Shown piece after piece: positions 25,707-34,640 of a stretch of 64,000 nucleotides of DNA. Positions within the stretch are counted from its first letter, which is position 1; each line of letters opens with the position of its first letter. The stretch comes from Dehalococcoidia bacterium (GTDB lineage Bacteria > Chloroflexota > Dehalococcoidia > Lucifugimonadales > JAGWBF01): NCBI GenBank assembly GCA_034421095.1, contig DAOUKR010000026.1, forward strand, positions 583 to 64,582, written 5' to 3'. The notes beneath the pieces are model-generated. The model was not told where the DNA came from. It saw only the letters and a program-made list of their open reading frames with translations, and did not search any database. The translations under genes were made by a program, and so were the position numbers.

Positions 25707-26903
25707 ATGGCGACTCAGCGTGAAGAGGACACAGCAAGACCCAACTTCCTGCAAATGGAGGGGGCGGCGTCTCAGGACGGGACGGGGGATGATGAGACCT
25801 GGCTGGGATGGCCCACCAAGAAGCTGAAGGCTGTGACTCTGCCAGACCCCAAGGGGCGCACCATGAGGGTCCGCGCCCCCGTCATGGACCTTGAGGGCCT
25901 TATCACGCCCACCGAGTTGCACTACGTAGTCCAGCATTTCGACGTCCCGGAACCCATTCCCGCCGAAAATTGGACCCTCAAGATTCACGGCGAGGTGAAG
26001 CGCCCCCTGAATATCAATTACGAGGAACTGCGCCGCTTCCCTGGCCGCACCGTGCGCACAGTCATGGAGTGCTCCGGGAGCGATGCCGACTTCTTTGAGT
26101 ACATCAAGGGAGATAGGCAGGACAGGCCGTCCCGGAGCAAGGAGTGTATGATTCTCAGCGCCAGCGAGTGGACCGGCACTCCCCTGGCGTCGGTACTGAA
26201 CGAGGCCGGACTCACCGGCAGGGCGGTGGCCGTCCGTGCCGAGGGAGTGGACAAGGGCGTGCCCCCCAGCGCCTCACCCGACACGGAGCCTTTCTTCTAC
26301 GACAAGGGCCTGCCCATAGAGAAGGCCCTGCATCCCGATACCATCCTTGCGTGGGCGCAGAACGGTCAGCTTCTCGAGCACCTTCACGGAGCGCCCGTGC
26401 GTTTGCTGGTCCCCGGATGGTCGGGAAACTGGTCCGTCAAGTGGCTCCAGGAGTTGGAGGTCATGGACCACGTGCCCGATTGCTGGTATCACTACAACTT
26501 CTACTACTACGGCGACTCTCCCGATGACCCGGACAAGGAGCTGATAACCACCATCGGGGTTAAGTCGCTGGTGACCTTCCCCAACGACGACGACAACCCG
26601 ACGCTTCCCAGGGGGCTGCACGTGGTCAGAGGGTATGCCTGGAGCGGGGCCGGGGCCATCGCCCACGTGGACGTCAGTGTAGACGGGGGCGAGACCTGGT
26701 ATCCCGCACGCCTCGAGGAGCCGCGAGACAGGTTCATGTGGGTGCGCTGGTCATACCTGTGGGATGTGCAGAAGCCCGGCAAATATACCGTCAGGGCCAG
26801 GGCCACCGACGAGGTCGGCCGTGTCCAGTCCGAGGAGCCAAGGTACAACTACATGCGCAAGAACTTCAGCGCCATCGTCCCCAATGAGGTAACTATCGTA
26901 TAA
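25707..26903 (+). CDS. sulfite-oxidase-family molybdopterin oxidoreductase (no signal peptide, no haem domain)
   Basis: 398 aa. AAGGAGG lies upstream. Contains TPTELHYVVQHFDVP, the Mo-ligand Cys context VMECSGSD, HGAPVRLLVPGWSGNWSVKWL, and a C-terminal dimerisation-domain-like VRGYAWSGAGAIAHVDVSVDGGETW. Confidence 0.87.
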   Translation: MATQREEDTARPNFLQMEGAASQDGTGDDETWLGWPTKKLKAVTLPDPKGRTMRVRAPVMDLEGLITPTELHYVVQHFDVPEPIPAENWTLKIHGEVKRPLNINYEELRRFPGRTVRTVMECSGSDADFFEYIKGDRQDRPSRSKECMILSASEWTGTPLASVLNEAGLTGRAVAVRAEGVDKGVPPSASPDTEPFFYDKGLPIEKALHPDTILAWAQNGQLLEHLHGAPVRLLVPGWSGNWSVKWLQELEVMDHVPDCWYHYNFYYYGDSPDDPDKELITTIGVKSLVTFPNDDDNPTLPRGLHVVRGYAWSGAGAIAHVDVSVDGGETWYPARLEEPRDRFMWVRWSYLWDVQKPGKYTVRARATDEVGRVQSEEPRYNYMRKNFSAIVPNEVTIV

Positions 26904-26922
26904 TCGTATAACGGAGGATGAA

Positions 26923-27273
26923 ATGCCGATTATCGAGCACAGCACCCGGCCCATGCCGGAACCTGTGGGCAAAAGAAGCGCAAGGTCTCTGGTGGGCGGG
27001 CAGGATGGCGCCAAGTCCCTGAGCATAAGGGAGGTAGTCGTGCACCCCGGCTCGGAGGGGCGGCTGCACACTCACACTTCGGACCAGGCTATCATGGTGA
27101 TGGAGGGGGCCATACAGTTGGTGCTGGGCGACGAGGTCCGTACCGTCAGGTCGGGTTTCACCCTGCTGGCCCCTCCGGGGGTGGCCCACAAGCTAGTGAA
27201 CGACTACTGGGTCCCTGCCCGAATGCTGGTAATTTCCCCTACGAATGACCTGGAGACCGACTTTTTGGAGTAA
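26923..27273 (+). CDS. cupin-domain protein
   Basis: 116 aa. Contains VVHPGSEGRLHTHTSDQAIMVMEG...LAPPGVAHKLVN (the two cupin motifs). GGAGGA lies upstream. Confidence 0.75.
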   Translation: MPIIEHSTRPMPEPVGKRSARSLVGGQDGAKSLSIREVVVHPGSEGRLHTHTSDQAIMVMEGAIQLVLGDEVRTVRSGFTLLAPPGVAHKLVNDYWVPARMLVISPTNDLETDFLE

Positions 27274-27310
27274 AATAGATAGTTAGAATCAGCAGCAGGA
27301 GGTTATTATC

Positions 27311-28417
27311 ATGGCTACGACACGTACCAGGACCGGCGGGGTGATGCAAATCATACCCACAAACGTTGGAGGTCGGACCTTTGCCACCCCTCCCAGGGCT
27401 TTGCAGGACAGCGTGGTACCCAACGACCTGTTCTATGTCCGCAACCACTGGAAGGATGTGCCCCAGATTGACATCGCCACGTATCGCCTGACGGTGGACG
27501 GCCTGGTTGACCGTCCACTCAGCCTGAGCTTCGATGACATAAAGCAGCTGCCGGAGAGACGCTTCCAGGTCACCCTGGAGTGCTGCGGCAACGGGCCTGT
27601 CCCTGAATACTGGCTCAAGAGGACACGCAACGTGATGGAGCGGCTGTCCGGGCACGGCCTCCTGAGCAACGCCGAATGGGCGGGTGTGTCCCTGTCCCAG
27701 GTGCTGGAGATGGCCGGCGTGAAGTCCAACGCCGTGGACGTGGTGTTCACAGGCGCGGACCACGGGCCTGACGAGGTGGCCGACGACCCGCCAGAGGTCA
27801 CCTACGAGAGGAGCCTCCCCGTTGACAAGGCCCTCCACCCCGATACCATCCTGGCATACGAGATGAACGGCGAGCCGCTGCCTCCCATGCACGGCTATCC
27901 CCTGCGTCTCCTGGTGCCCGGCTGGTACGGAATGAACTCCATCAAGTGGCTGGTGGGCATCCACGTGATAGACCATGCCTTCGACGGGTTCTACCAGATT
28001 GAGCGGTACAGGGTGGTGAACGGGCCCGACGACGATAGCTACTACACCTATCTGAACCGGATGAAGGTGAAGTCCATCGTCACGGACCCCGCTCCCGGCG
28101 AGATAGTCCCAACCGGCGAGGAGTATACGGTGTCGGGCGCTGCATGGTCCGGCGAGAACGAGGTGGTCAGGGTTGACGTGAGCACCGACGGAGGCGAGAC
28201 CTGGAACCCGGCTCGCCTCATTCCCAGGACCGACTACTCCTGGTATCGCTGGGAATTCGATTGGCAGCCCCCTGGCCCGGGCAACTACATGCTCATGTCC
28301 CGTGCCACCAACGACAAGGGAGACGTCCAGCCCATGGACTTTCCCAACCAGTACGATGGCATCGGCTACGGCAACAACATGGTATTCGAGCACCTGGTAG
28401 AAGTACGGGACCAGTAG
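27311..28417 (+). CDS. sulfite-oxidase-family molybdopterin oxidoreductase (second paralog)
   Basis: 368 aa. AGGAGG lies upstream. Contains LFYVRNHW, TLECCGNG (Mo-ligand Cys), HGYPLRLLVPGWYGMNSIKWL and VSGAAWSGENEVVRVDVSTDGGETW. Confidence 0.88.
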   Translation: MATTRTRTGGVMQIIPTNVGGRTFATPPRALQDSVVPNDLFYVRNHWKDVPQIDIATYRLTVDGLVDRPLSLSFDDIKQLPERRFQVTLECCGNGPVPEYWLKRTRNVMERLSGHGLLSNAEWAGVSLSQVLEMAGVKSNAVDVVFTGADHGPDEVADDPPEVTYERSLPVDKALHPDTILAYEMNGEPLPPMHGYPLRLLVPGWYGMNSIKWLVGIHVIDHAFDGFYQIERYRVVNGPDDDSYYTYLNRMKVKSIVTDPAPGEIVPTGEEYTVSGAAWSGENEVVRVDVSTDGGETWNPARLIPRTDYSWYRWEFDWQPPGPGNYMLMSRATNDKGDVQPMDFPNQYDGIGYGNNMVFEHLVEVRDQ

Positions 28418-28426
28418 GGGGTATCT

Positions 28427-29197
28427 ATGGAATACGAGACAATCCTGCTGACCAAGGCCGATGGAGTAGCAACCATCAAGCTCAACCGGCCCGAGGTCCT
28501 CAACGCCATGAGCTTCCAGCTAATAGGTGAGTTGGACCGGGCCATCACCGACGTGGAGGCGGACGATCAGATTGGGTCCGTCATAATCACCGGGGCCGGG
28601 GAGAGGGCCTTCTCTGCCGGTGCGGACATACATGAGCAGAGGCGAGATGTCCAGGAACTCTCTCCCGAGGAGATTGAGGAACGCCGCGCCATACGCTCCG
28701 AGTATAGCTGGCACATGGGCATTTGCAGCAAGCCCACCATCGGGGCGCTGAACGGCCTGTCCTACGGGGGCGGCGCCGTTCTGTCCTCATCCCTGGACAT
28801 GCGGGTAGGGTGCGAGCGCAGCACCTTCCGCTTCCTTGCGGCCTCCTACGGCAGGCTAAACTGTACCTGGACCCTGCCCCAGCAGATAGGCTGGCCCATG
28901 GCCAAGGAGTTGTTGTTCACCGGCAGGGTGGTCTCCGCCGAGGAGGCCTACCGGATGGGCCTGCTAAATCACCTCGTGCCCCCGGACCAGGTTATGGACA
29001 AGGCAATGGAGATAGCTTCCGCCATCGCCAACAACCACCCCGACTCCGTGAGGGGCGTCAAACATCTTCTGCTTGATGACATTGGTCGTAGCTGGCAGGA
29101 GATGTGGCAAATGGAGAAGGACTACCTTCGTACCCAGGTCAGGTCTCCAGGAGTGGAGGACGCCTTCAAGGAGTTCATAGAACGCAGAGGCCGCTAG
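28427..29197 (+). CDS. enoyl-CoA hydratase/isomerase (crotonase) family protein
   Basis: 256 aa. Contains VATIKLNRPEVLNAM, VIITGAGERAFSAGADI and ALNGLSYGGGAVL. Confidence 0.9.
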   Translation: MEYETILLTKADGVATIKLNRPEVLNAMSFQLIGELDRAITDVEADDQIGSVIITGAGERAFSAGADIHEQRRDVQELSPEEIEERRAIRSEYSWHMGICSKPTIGALNGLSYGGGAVLSSSLDMRVGCERSTFRFLAASYGRLNCTWTLPQQIGWPMAKELLFTGRVVSAEEAYRMGLLNHLVPPDQVMDKAMEIASAIANNHPDSVRGVKHLLLDDIGRSWQEMWQMEKDYLRTQVRSPGVEDAFKEFIERRGR

Positions 29198-29274
29198 CAA
29201 GCTGCTTACTCAAGGCCCGGTAGGGTTCCGCCTTCCTTCCCCCTGGGGGGTGTTTCTAAAGTGGCGTCCTGAGC

Positions 29275-29575
29275 CTCCTCTCCCTCGATGGGAGAGGATT
29301 GAGGTGAGGGTGATACCCCTCATCCCAGCCTTCTCCCGCAAAGGGAGAAGGGGCTTTACAAGCACCGCCTAAGGGGAGGGACCGGGGCACATCTTCCAGG
29401 GCCTTTTACTTGGGGAAACCCTGAATAAGTTGGAAACGGCGGCTAGTCAACTCGTCATTCTGGCGAAAGCCAGAATCCAGGGGCGTCGTTGGTTTCCTCA
29501 CCCGTGTCTACAGACAAGGACGTATGGATTCCGGCTCAAGGCCGGAATGACGGGTAAGAGGGGGCTGGAATGACG
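29275..29575. repeat. intergenic cluster of palindromic repeat units (at least 4 families)
   Basis: Contains ctctccctcgatgggagag, ccttctcccgcaaagggagaagg, cgtcattctggcgaaagccagaatccagg and tggattccggctcaaggccggaatgacgg. Confidence 0.8.
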
Positions 29576-29667
29576 GTTTGCAGAGCTTTCTTAGGTCCGG
29601 TTCTCTACCCATTACTAGAGATAGAGGAGACTCGTTTCATGGAGCATTTTAGAGGGGAGGCAACGCT

Positions 29668-30417
29668 ATGAGACTTGAAAATAAGGTTGCCCTGATTAGT
29701 GGTGGAGCCAGGGGCATGGGCGCCGTAGAGGCCAGACTATTCGCCCGTGAGGGTGCGAGGGTAGTCATTGGGGACATACTGGAAGCCGAGGGCAGGCAGG
29801 TTGAGGCCCAAATAAACGAGAGCGGGGGTGAGTGTCTCTTCGTCCACCTGGACGTTACCGACGAGTCCCAGTGGGAGCGAGCCGTCGCCGCCACAGTTGC
29901 CCGCTTCGGCAAGCTCGACGTGCTGGTGAACAACGCCGGGATTTTCCCGATGGCACGTGTGGAGGATACCACGGAAGAATCCTGGGACCAGGTAATGGAC
30001 ATCAACGCCAAAGGGGTGTTTCTGGGCACCAAGCACGCCATCCCGGAGATGCGAAAGGCCGGCGGCGGCTCAATAATCAATATCTCGTCGGTTGCGGGCC
30101 TGATAGGAAGCTCCCATTCGGCTTCGTACAACGCCTCCAAGGGTGCGGTGCGTCTCCTGACCAAGTCCACGGCCATTCAGTACGGGAGCGAGGGCATTCG
30201 GGTGAACTCGGTACATCCCGGTCTCATCGAAACCGAGATGTCGGCTGCCATGCGCTCCGACGAACCCCTTCTCCGGCGCAGGCTTGCGTCCACTCCAATG
30301 AGACGAGCGGGCCAGCCTGAGGAGGTGGCCTACGGCGTCCTGTACCTGGCTTCTGACGAGTCCTCCTTCATGACGGGGAGCGAACTGGTCATTGACGGGG
30401 GCACAACCGCCCAGTAG
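29668..30417 (+). CDS. SDR-family oxidoreductase
   Basis: 249 aa. Contains KVALISGGARGMG, NNAG, and the YNASK catalytic Y-x3-K. Confidence 0.92.
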   Translation: MRLENKVALISGGARGMGAVEARLFAREGARVVIGDILEAEGRQVEAQINESGGECLFVHLDVTDESQWERAVAATVARFGKLDVLVNNAGIFPMARVEDTTEESWDQVMDINAKGVFLGTKHAIPEMRKAGGGSIINISSVAGLIGSSHSASYNASKGAVRLLTKSTAIQYGSEGIRVNSVHPGLIETEMSAAMRSDEPLLRRRLASTPMRRAGQPEEVAYGVLYLASDESSFMTGSELVIDGGTTAQ

Positions 30418-30484
30418 GGCTGGCAGACTGTTGGAGGTCAAAATAAAAACAGAAGGTTGCAAGGCAACCTCCTGTGGATCATTA

Positions 30485-30509
30485 CCTGAGATTGCACGGC
30501 AATCTCAGG
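30485..30509. other. perfect 11-bp hairpin in the convergent intergenic region
   Basis: CCTGAGATTGC-acg-GCAATCTCAGG has no flanking U-tract. Neighbouring hairpins lie at 30454-30470 (AGGTTGC-aag-GCAACCT) and 30645-30687 (GGGGGTGTAGC...GCTACACCCCC). Confidence 0.3.
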
Positions 30510-30745
30510 GGGGTAATACACCGTATATCTTATCTATTTTTGTAAATTTGTCAACAGCGATTCGGGGTTTGAGTGAAGTGCAAAACTCAACTTGTCCAAA
30601 CCCCGTCATTTCGGCGAAGGTGTTATCTCTAATGCGATAGCTTTGGGGGTGTAGCGTCAAGGCCGTGGCCCTGTATGCTACACCCCCTCTTGATGCAATC
30701 AACCAACCAGTACCCGGCTGGCTAGTTAACGTTCAGCTTTAGCGG

Positions 30746-31648
30746 CTATACCTGACCTCTTGGCACGGGTACGCCGGCGGTGTTCATCTGGATGCGACCC
30801 ATGGTGGCGCGGGTGGTGTAGTACAGGGTCTTCCAGTCGCCGCCGCCCCAGTTCAGGTTGGTCGCTGCGCCGGTCAGAATGGTCCCCAGGTGCTTGCCCT
30901 CGGGGCTTATAATCCATAGTCCCCCGGGCCCCGTGCAGTAGACGTTGCCTTCCATGTCGCACTTCATACCGTCGGGGGCACCGGGAGCGTCCCCGGACAT
31001 CTGACAGAAGACTCGCTCGGTGTGCAGGAAAAGCAAGCCCGTGCTGGGGTCCAGGTCGAAGGCCCTTATGTGCCTTCTGCGGGAGTCGTTAATGTAAAGG
31101 GTTTTCTCGTCGGGAGAAAAGCACAGGCCGTTGGGCAGGGCGAAGTCCCGGATCAAACAGTGGATGGTGTCCAGGTCTGCGGATACCCTGTACACTCCGT
31201 TGAAGTCCAGTTCCGACTCCACACCCAATATAGCCGGGTCTGTGAAGTATATGCTTCCGTCGGACTTCACCACCACGTCGTTGGGGCGGTTCAGCCGTCT
31301 GCCGTGATACCTGTTCGCCACTGTGGTGGTGCTCCCATCGGATTCCAGGCGCGTCACACGGCGAGTGCCATGCTCGCAGGCCAGCAGTCGGCCCTGGGGG
31401 TCCCTGGTGAGGCCGTTGGCGTTGTCGGTGGGGTCTCGGAACACCGTGGGGGCCGCATCTCCGGGTGCCCACTTGTATCTCTTGCTGTTGCCAACGTCAC
31501 TAAAGAGGAGATACCCCCCCTCCTTCCACCACAGGGGTCCCTCGCCCGGCCCATTGTCGGAGCCGTAGCCGCTTCCCAGCTGCTCTATCTCCGCATCCGG
31601 TGATACGAGGCGGTCCAACTCCGGGGCAAGCCTCTCGATAGATGCCAT
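30746..31648 (-). CDS. SMP-30/gluconolactonase/LRE-family protein
   Basis: The start was moved to ATG 31648 (GGGAGG upstream). MASIERLAPELDRLVSPDAEIEQLGSGYG...GPLWW...LLFSDVGNSKRYKW...NDVVVKSDGSIYFTDP are typical beta-propeller lactonase motifs. Confidence 0.88.
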   Translation of the reverse strand: MASIERLAPELDRLVSPDAEIEQLGSGYGSDNGPGEGPLWWKEGGYLLFSDVGNSKRYKWAPGDAAPTVFRDPTDNANGLTRDPQGRLLACEHGTRRVTRLESDGSTTTVANRYHGRRLNRPNDVVVKSDGSIYFTDPAILGVESELDFNGVYRVSADLDTIHCLIRDFALPNGLCFSPDEKTLYINDSRRRHIRAFDLDPSTGLLFLHTERVFCQMSGDAPGAPDGMKCDMEGNVYCTGPGGLWIISPEGKHLGTILTGAATNLNWGGGDWKTLYYTTRATMGRIQMNTAGVPVPRGQV

Positions 31649-31769
31649 GTCAACCTCCCTTGTACTTCTGAGAATATTTCCCATATCGGACTGGTTCATG
31701 CCCATTGTGGGCGTCCATGTGGGTTCGACGCAATTATAGGTATAACCCGGAGCGTCGTCAACTCCATTC

Positions 31770-32519
31770 CTAGAACCCCCAGGTCTGGCCGAACTCGCTG
31801 CGGAGCACCGTCTGACCGGTGAAAGACCGGGCGTCCTGAAGGGCCAGGTATACGGCACACGGGCCTACGGCTTCCGGCTCGACCCTTACGTGCCAGTCCT
31901 GCTGGGCCCAGGGAATGATTGATGACCCCTCGCTTTTCAAAGGCCCCGGGTTCAGGACATTGACGGCTATGTTGTGCTCCTTCACCTCCTCGGCCAGGCA
32001 CATGCTGAACATATGCAGGGCTGCCTTGGTGGCGCTGTAGAGAACGCCGCCCCGGTTTTCGGTGGTCGTCCGGGAGCCGATGCTTATGATGTTGCCCCTT
32101 TGCTGCTTCATCATCACCGGCAGGACGTACTTGCAGGTAAGGTAGGGGCCGCGCACGTTCACAGCCATATTCCGGTCCCATCGTGCAGTGTCTATCTCCA
32201 GAATGGACTCGCCAAGGACCATGATGCCGGCGTTGTTGACCAGCACGTCTATCCGACCGTATTGCTCCATTACCCTCTCGACCATGTCTTTTACCTGTCC
32301 CTCGTCGGACACGTCGCAGGGCACGGGCAAGGCCTCCCCTCCTTCTGCCCGGATGTCCCTGGCCGTCTCGTCTATGGTCCCGGCCAGGCCCGTCGGCGAT
32401 TGAGGGCGGGCGCACACCACTACTTTAGCCCCTTCGCGAGCGTACTCCCTGGCTATGGCCCTGCCGAGACCCCTGCTTGCTCCCGTGACGACAGCTACCA
32501 GACCATCCATCTTGCCCAT
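31770..32519 (-). CDS. SDR-family oxidoreductase
   Basis: 249 aa. Contains VAVVTGASRGLGRAIA, NNAG, and YSATKAAL (Y-x3-K). Confidence 0.9.
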   Translation of the reverse strand: MGKMDGLVAVVTGASRGLGRAIAREYAREGAKVVVCARPQSPTGLAGTIDETARDIRAEGGEALPVPCDVSDEGQVKDMVERVMEQYGRIDVLVNNAGIMVLGESILEIDTARWDRNMAVNVRGPYLTCKYVLPVMMKQQRGNIISIGSRTTTENRGGVLYSATKAALHMFSMCLAEEVKEHNIAVNVLNPGPLKSEGSSIIPWAQQDWHVRVEPEAVGPCAVYLALQDARSFTGQTVLRSEFGQTWGF

Positions 32520-32556
32520 GCTGCCCCTCCTGCCGGCCCTCGATTAGGTGCTGAAC

Positions 32557-33456
32557 TCAGTGCAGCGGTAGGTGCTCTCTGAGCCAGTCTATGGTCATTT
32601 CCATCACCTGGCCCAGATACGGCTCCTCATACACGCCGTAGTGGGGAATCCCGGGAATAACCCACAGCTTTTTCGGCTCTCCAGTCAGTTCATACATATC
32701 TATGACATCGTCGGCAGGGGTGGTGGTGTCCCGCTCGGCGGCAATGTAGAGGATTGCCCTGGGCGAGATGGAGTCCACCACGTCCGCCGGCCTGAACTCC
32801 AGGAGCTTCTCCGCCGTGGCCAGGGAGTAGGGGGTGCCTGCGTAGTTAGCCATCCCCGGTATGTTGCTTACCACCCTCTGCCTATCCGCGTTGGTCGTGG
32901 GGTCTCCCACCAGAATCTCCCCCGGCTCCAGTACGGTTGATTTGCCCGTACTCACCCTGGATTTTCTGTCTTCGGCGATGCGGTCAAGGAGTTCCAGCCA
33001 TTGCCAGTGGGGTCGTATGCTGCGCATCCATTGCTCACCGTCGCCCCATCCCACTATGCTGATGCTGCACTTGACCCGCTCATCCACTCCGGCCACGTAG
33101 GGAACCATGCCGCCGCCGAAGCTCATACCGAACAGGGCCAGACGCTCCGGGTCCACCTTCGGATGAATCTCCAGGTAGGTGAGGGCGTTGCGAATGTCCT
33201 CAGCCTGCTCCAGGGGGTAGAGGCGTCCATGCTCGCCCTCGCTGCTTCCCACGCCCCGGTAGTCCCATATCAGGGCGACGAACCCCAGCTCCACAAAACG
33301 CCGGGCGATGGTTGGGAACCAGAAATACTCCTTGACACCCACCATCCCCTGGCACATCACGATGCCAGGGCAGCTGTTATCCCCGGCGCTGTCCGGCTCG
33401 TACAGCACCCCGGCAATCTTCAAACCGTCACTGTAGAAGGTGACTTCCCGTTCCAT
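32557..33456 (-). CDS. alpha/beta hydrolase
   Basis: The start was set to ATG 33456 (GAGGAGG 7 nt upstream). The nucleophile elbow is GMSFGGG, and the protein is of dienelactone-hydrolase/peptidase S15-like size (~299 aa). Confidence 0.82.
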   Translation of the reverse strand: MEREVTFYSDGLKIAGVLYEPDSAGDNSCPGIVMCQGMVGVKEYFWFPTIARRFVELGFVALIWDYRGVGSSEGEHGRLYPLEQAEDIRNALTYLEIHPKVDPERLALFGMSFGGGMVPYVAGVDERVKCSISIVGWGDGEQWMRSIRPHWQWLELLDRIAEDRKSRVSTGKSTVLEPGEILVGDPTTNADRQRVVSNIPGMANYAGTPYSLATAEKLLEFRPADVVDSISPRAILYIAAERDTTTPADDVIDMYELTGEPKKLWVIPGIPHYGVYEEPYLGQVMEMTIDWLREHLPLH

Positions 33457-33764
33457 AACCATCCTCCTCAGAGTATTCACCCCTTCCGATGAACGGGATT
33501 ATATGTACCCGTGGACTCCGTTTCAACCCCTGCATCACAAGGGAGGTCCCGGGTGGAGGAGTTGGCGCACACTGCCCTACTAGAGAGGAGAAGGTGTTGG
33601 AACTGGGGTGGAGGGGTATCAATAGGCATGATATATATGGCATACTGAAACCCATATTTATTTAAGAGCCGCACGCCAGAGGTCTCTACCATCTAGGCTA
33701 TACCCAGTGGTCATAGGATAGGACTGCGTATAATTCCCTTCTGTGACAATTAAGGAGCGATGCA

Positions 33765-34637
33765 ATGAAACGCCTGACCAAGGACAAACATATCTATACC
33801 CTGGACCCCGAGGCCGCCCCCGCTATCACCATCGCCTCGGGTGAGGAGCTTATTGTGGAGACCTGGGACGCCTTCCAGGGTCTCCGGGACGCCCACGCCA
33901 TAGATGAGGCCACCCTCAAAGGACCGGCGACCGGGCCTATCTACGTGGAAGGGGCTGAGCCGGGAGACGCACTGAAGGTGGATTTCATAAGCATAAGACC
34001 CATCAAAGAGGGTGTGCACGTGGTGATTCCCGGACGGGGTTTCCTGGAGGACTTCTCCCGGCACCATGCAACCATATTGCCCATCGAGGGCGACCACCTC
34101 CTCTTTCCCGGGGGCATCAAGCTCCCTCTACGGCCTTCACCGGGCCTGGTGGCGACCACACCCACATATACCCAGAGCACTGCCAGTGACAGTGGCCCTT
34201 ATGGCGGCGACATAGACATGAAGGAACTGGTGGCGGGGAGCACCATTTACATGCCCGTGTTTGTCGAGGGTGGCCTGCTGGCTATGGGCGATTGCCACGC
34301 GATAGTAGGAGACGGTGCCGTAGGGGGCACGGGTGGAGAGACCGAGGCTGAGATGCACATTCGAGTCACTGTGGAGAAGGGCCTCAACCTGAAGGCGCCG
34401 CGAGCGTTGACTCCCGAGTATTTCGTCACCCTGTCCTTCGGCGATGATCTGGGTCCGGCCATGAAACAGGCGGTGCGGGATATGGTGGACTTCCTTGTGC
34501 AGGAGAGGGGTATGAAGCCCTACGATGCCTACAGTCTGCTGAGCCTTGCAGGGGATGTCCGGGTCTCCCGTACCTTCCGTCCCATAAGCCCCGTCAAGAT
34601 GATGCTGTCCCGGCAGGTACTGGAACAGATTGGCTAG
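33765..34637 (+). CDS. acetamidase/formamidase-family protein
   Basis: 290 aa. Contains TGPIYVEGAEPGDALKVDF, GGDIDMKELVAGSTIYMPVFVEGGLLAMGDCHAIVGDG and other FmdA_AmdA-like motifs. TAAGGAG lies upstream. Confidence 0.85.
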   Translation: MKRLTKDKHIYTLDPEAAPAITIASGEELIVETWDAFQGLRDAHAIDEATLKGPATGPIYVEGAEPGDALKVDFISIRPIKEGVHVVIPGRGFLEDFSRHHATILPIEGDHLLFPGGIKLPLRPSPGLVATTPTYTQSTASDSGPYGGDIDMKELVAGSTIYMPVFVEGGLLAMGDCHAIVGDGAVGGTGGETEAEMHIRVTVEKGLNLKAPRALTPEYFVTLSFGDDLGPAMKQAVRDMVDFLVQERGMKPYDAYSLLSLAGDVRVSRTFRPISPVKMMLSRQVLEQIG

Positions 34638-34640
34638 GGC

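Noticed and set aside
27239-28393. A 384-aa minus-strand ORF, one of the longest in the track.
   Set aside because: It is entirely antisense to the well-supported sulfite-oxidase-family gene 27311..28417. Its translation is His/Val/Gly/Arg-rich with no recognisable motifs and no RBS. This is a typical long antisense ORF in high-GC DNA.
33480-33764. A possible Moco riboswitch or ModE operator upstream of the formamidase-modABC unit.
   Set aside because: I could not recognise the conserved Moco-motif elements or a ModE-type inverted repeat by eye. It is recorded only as something to scan computationally.
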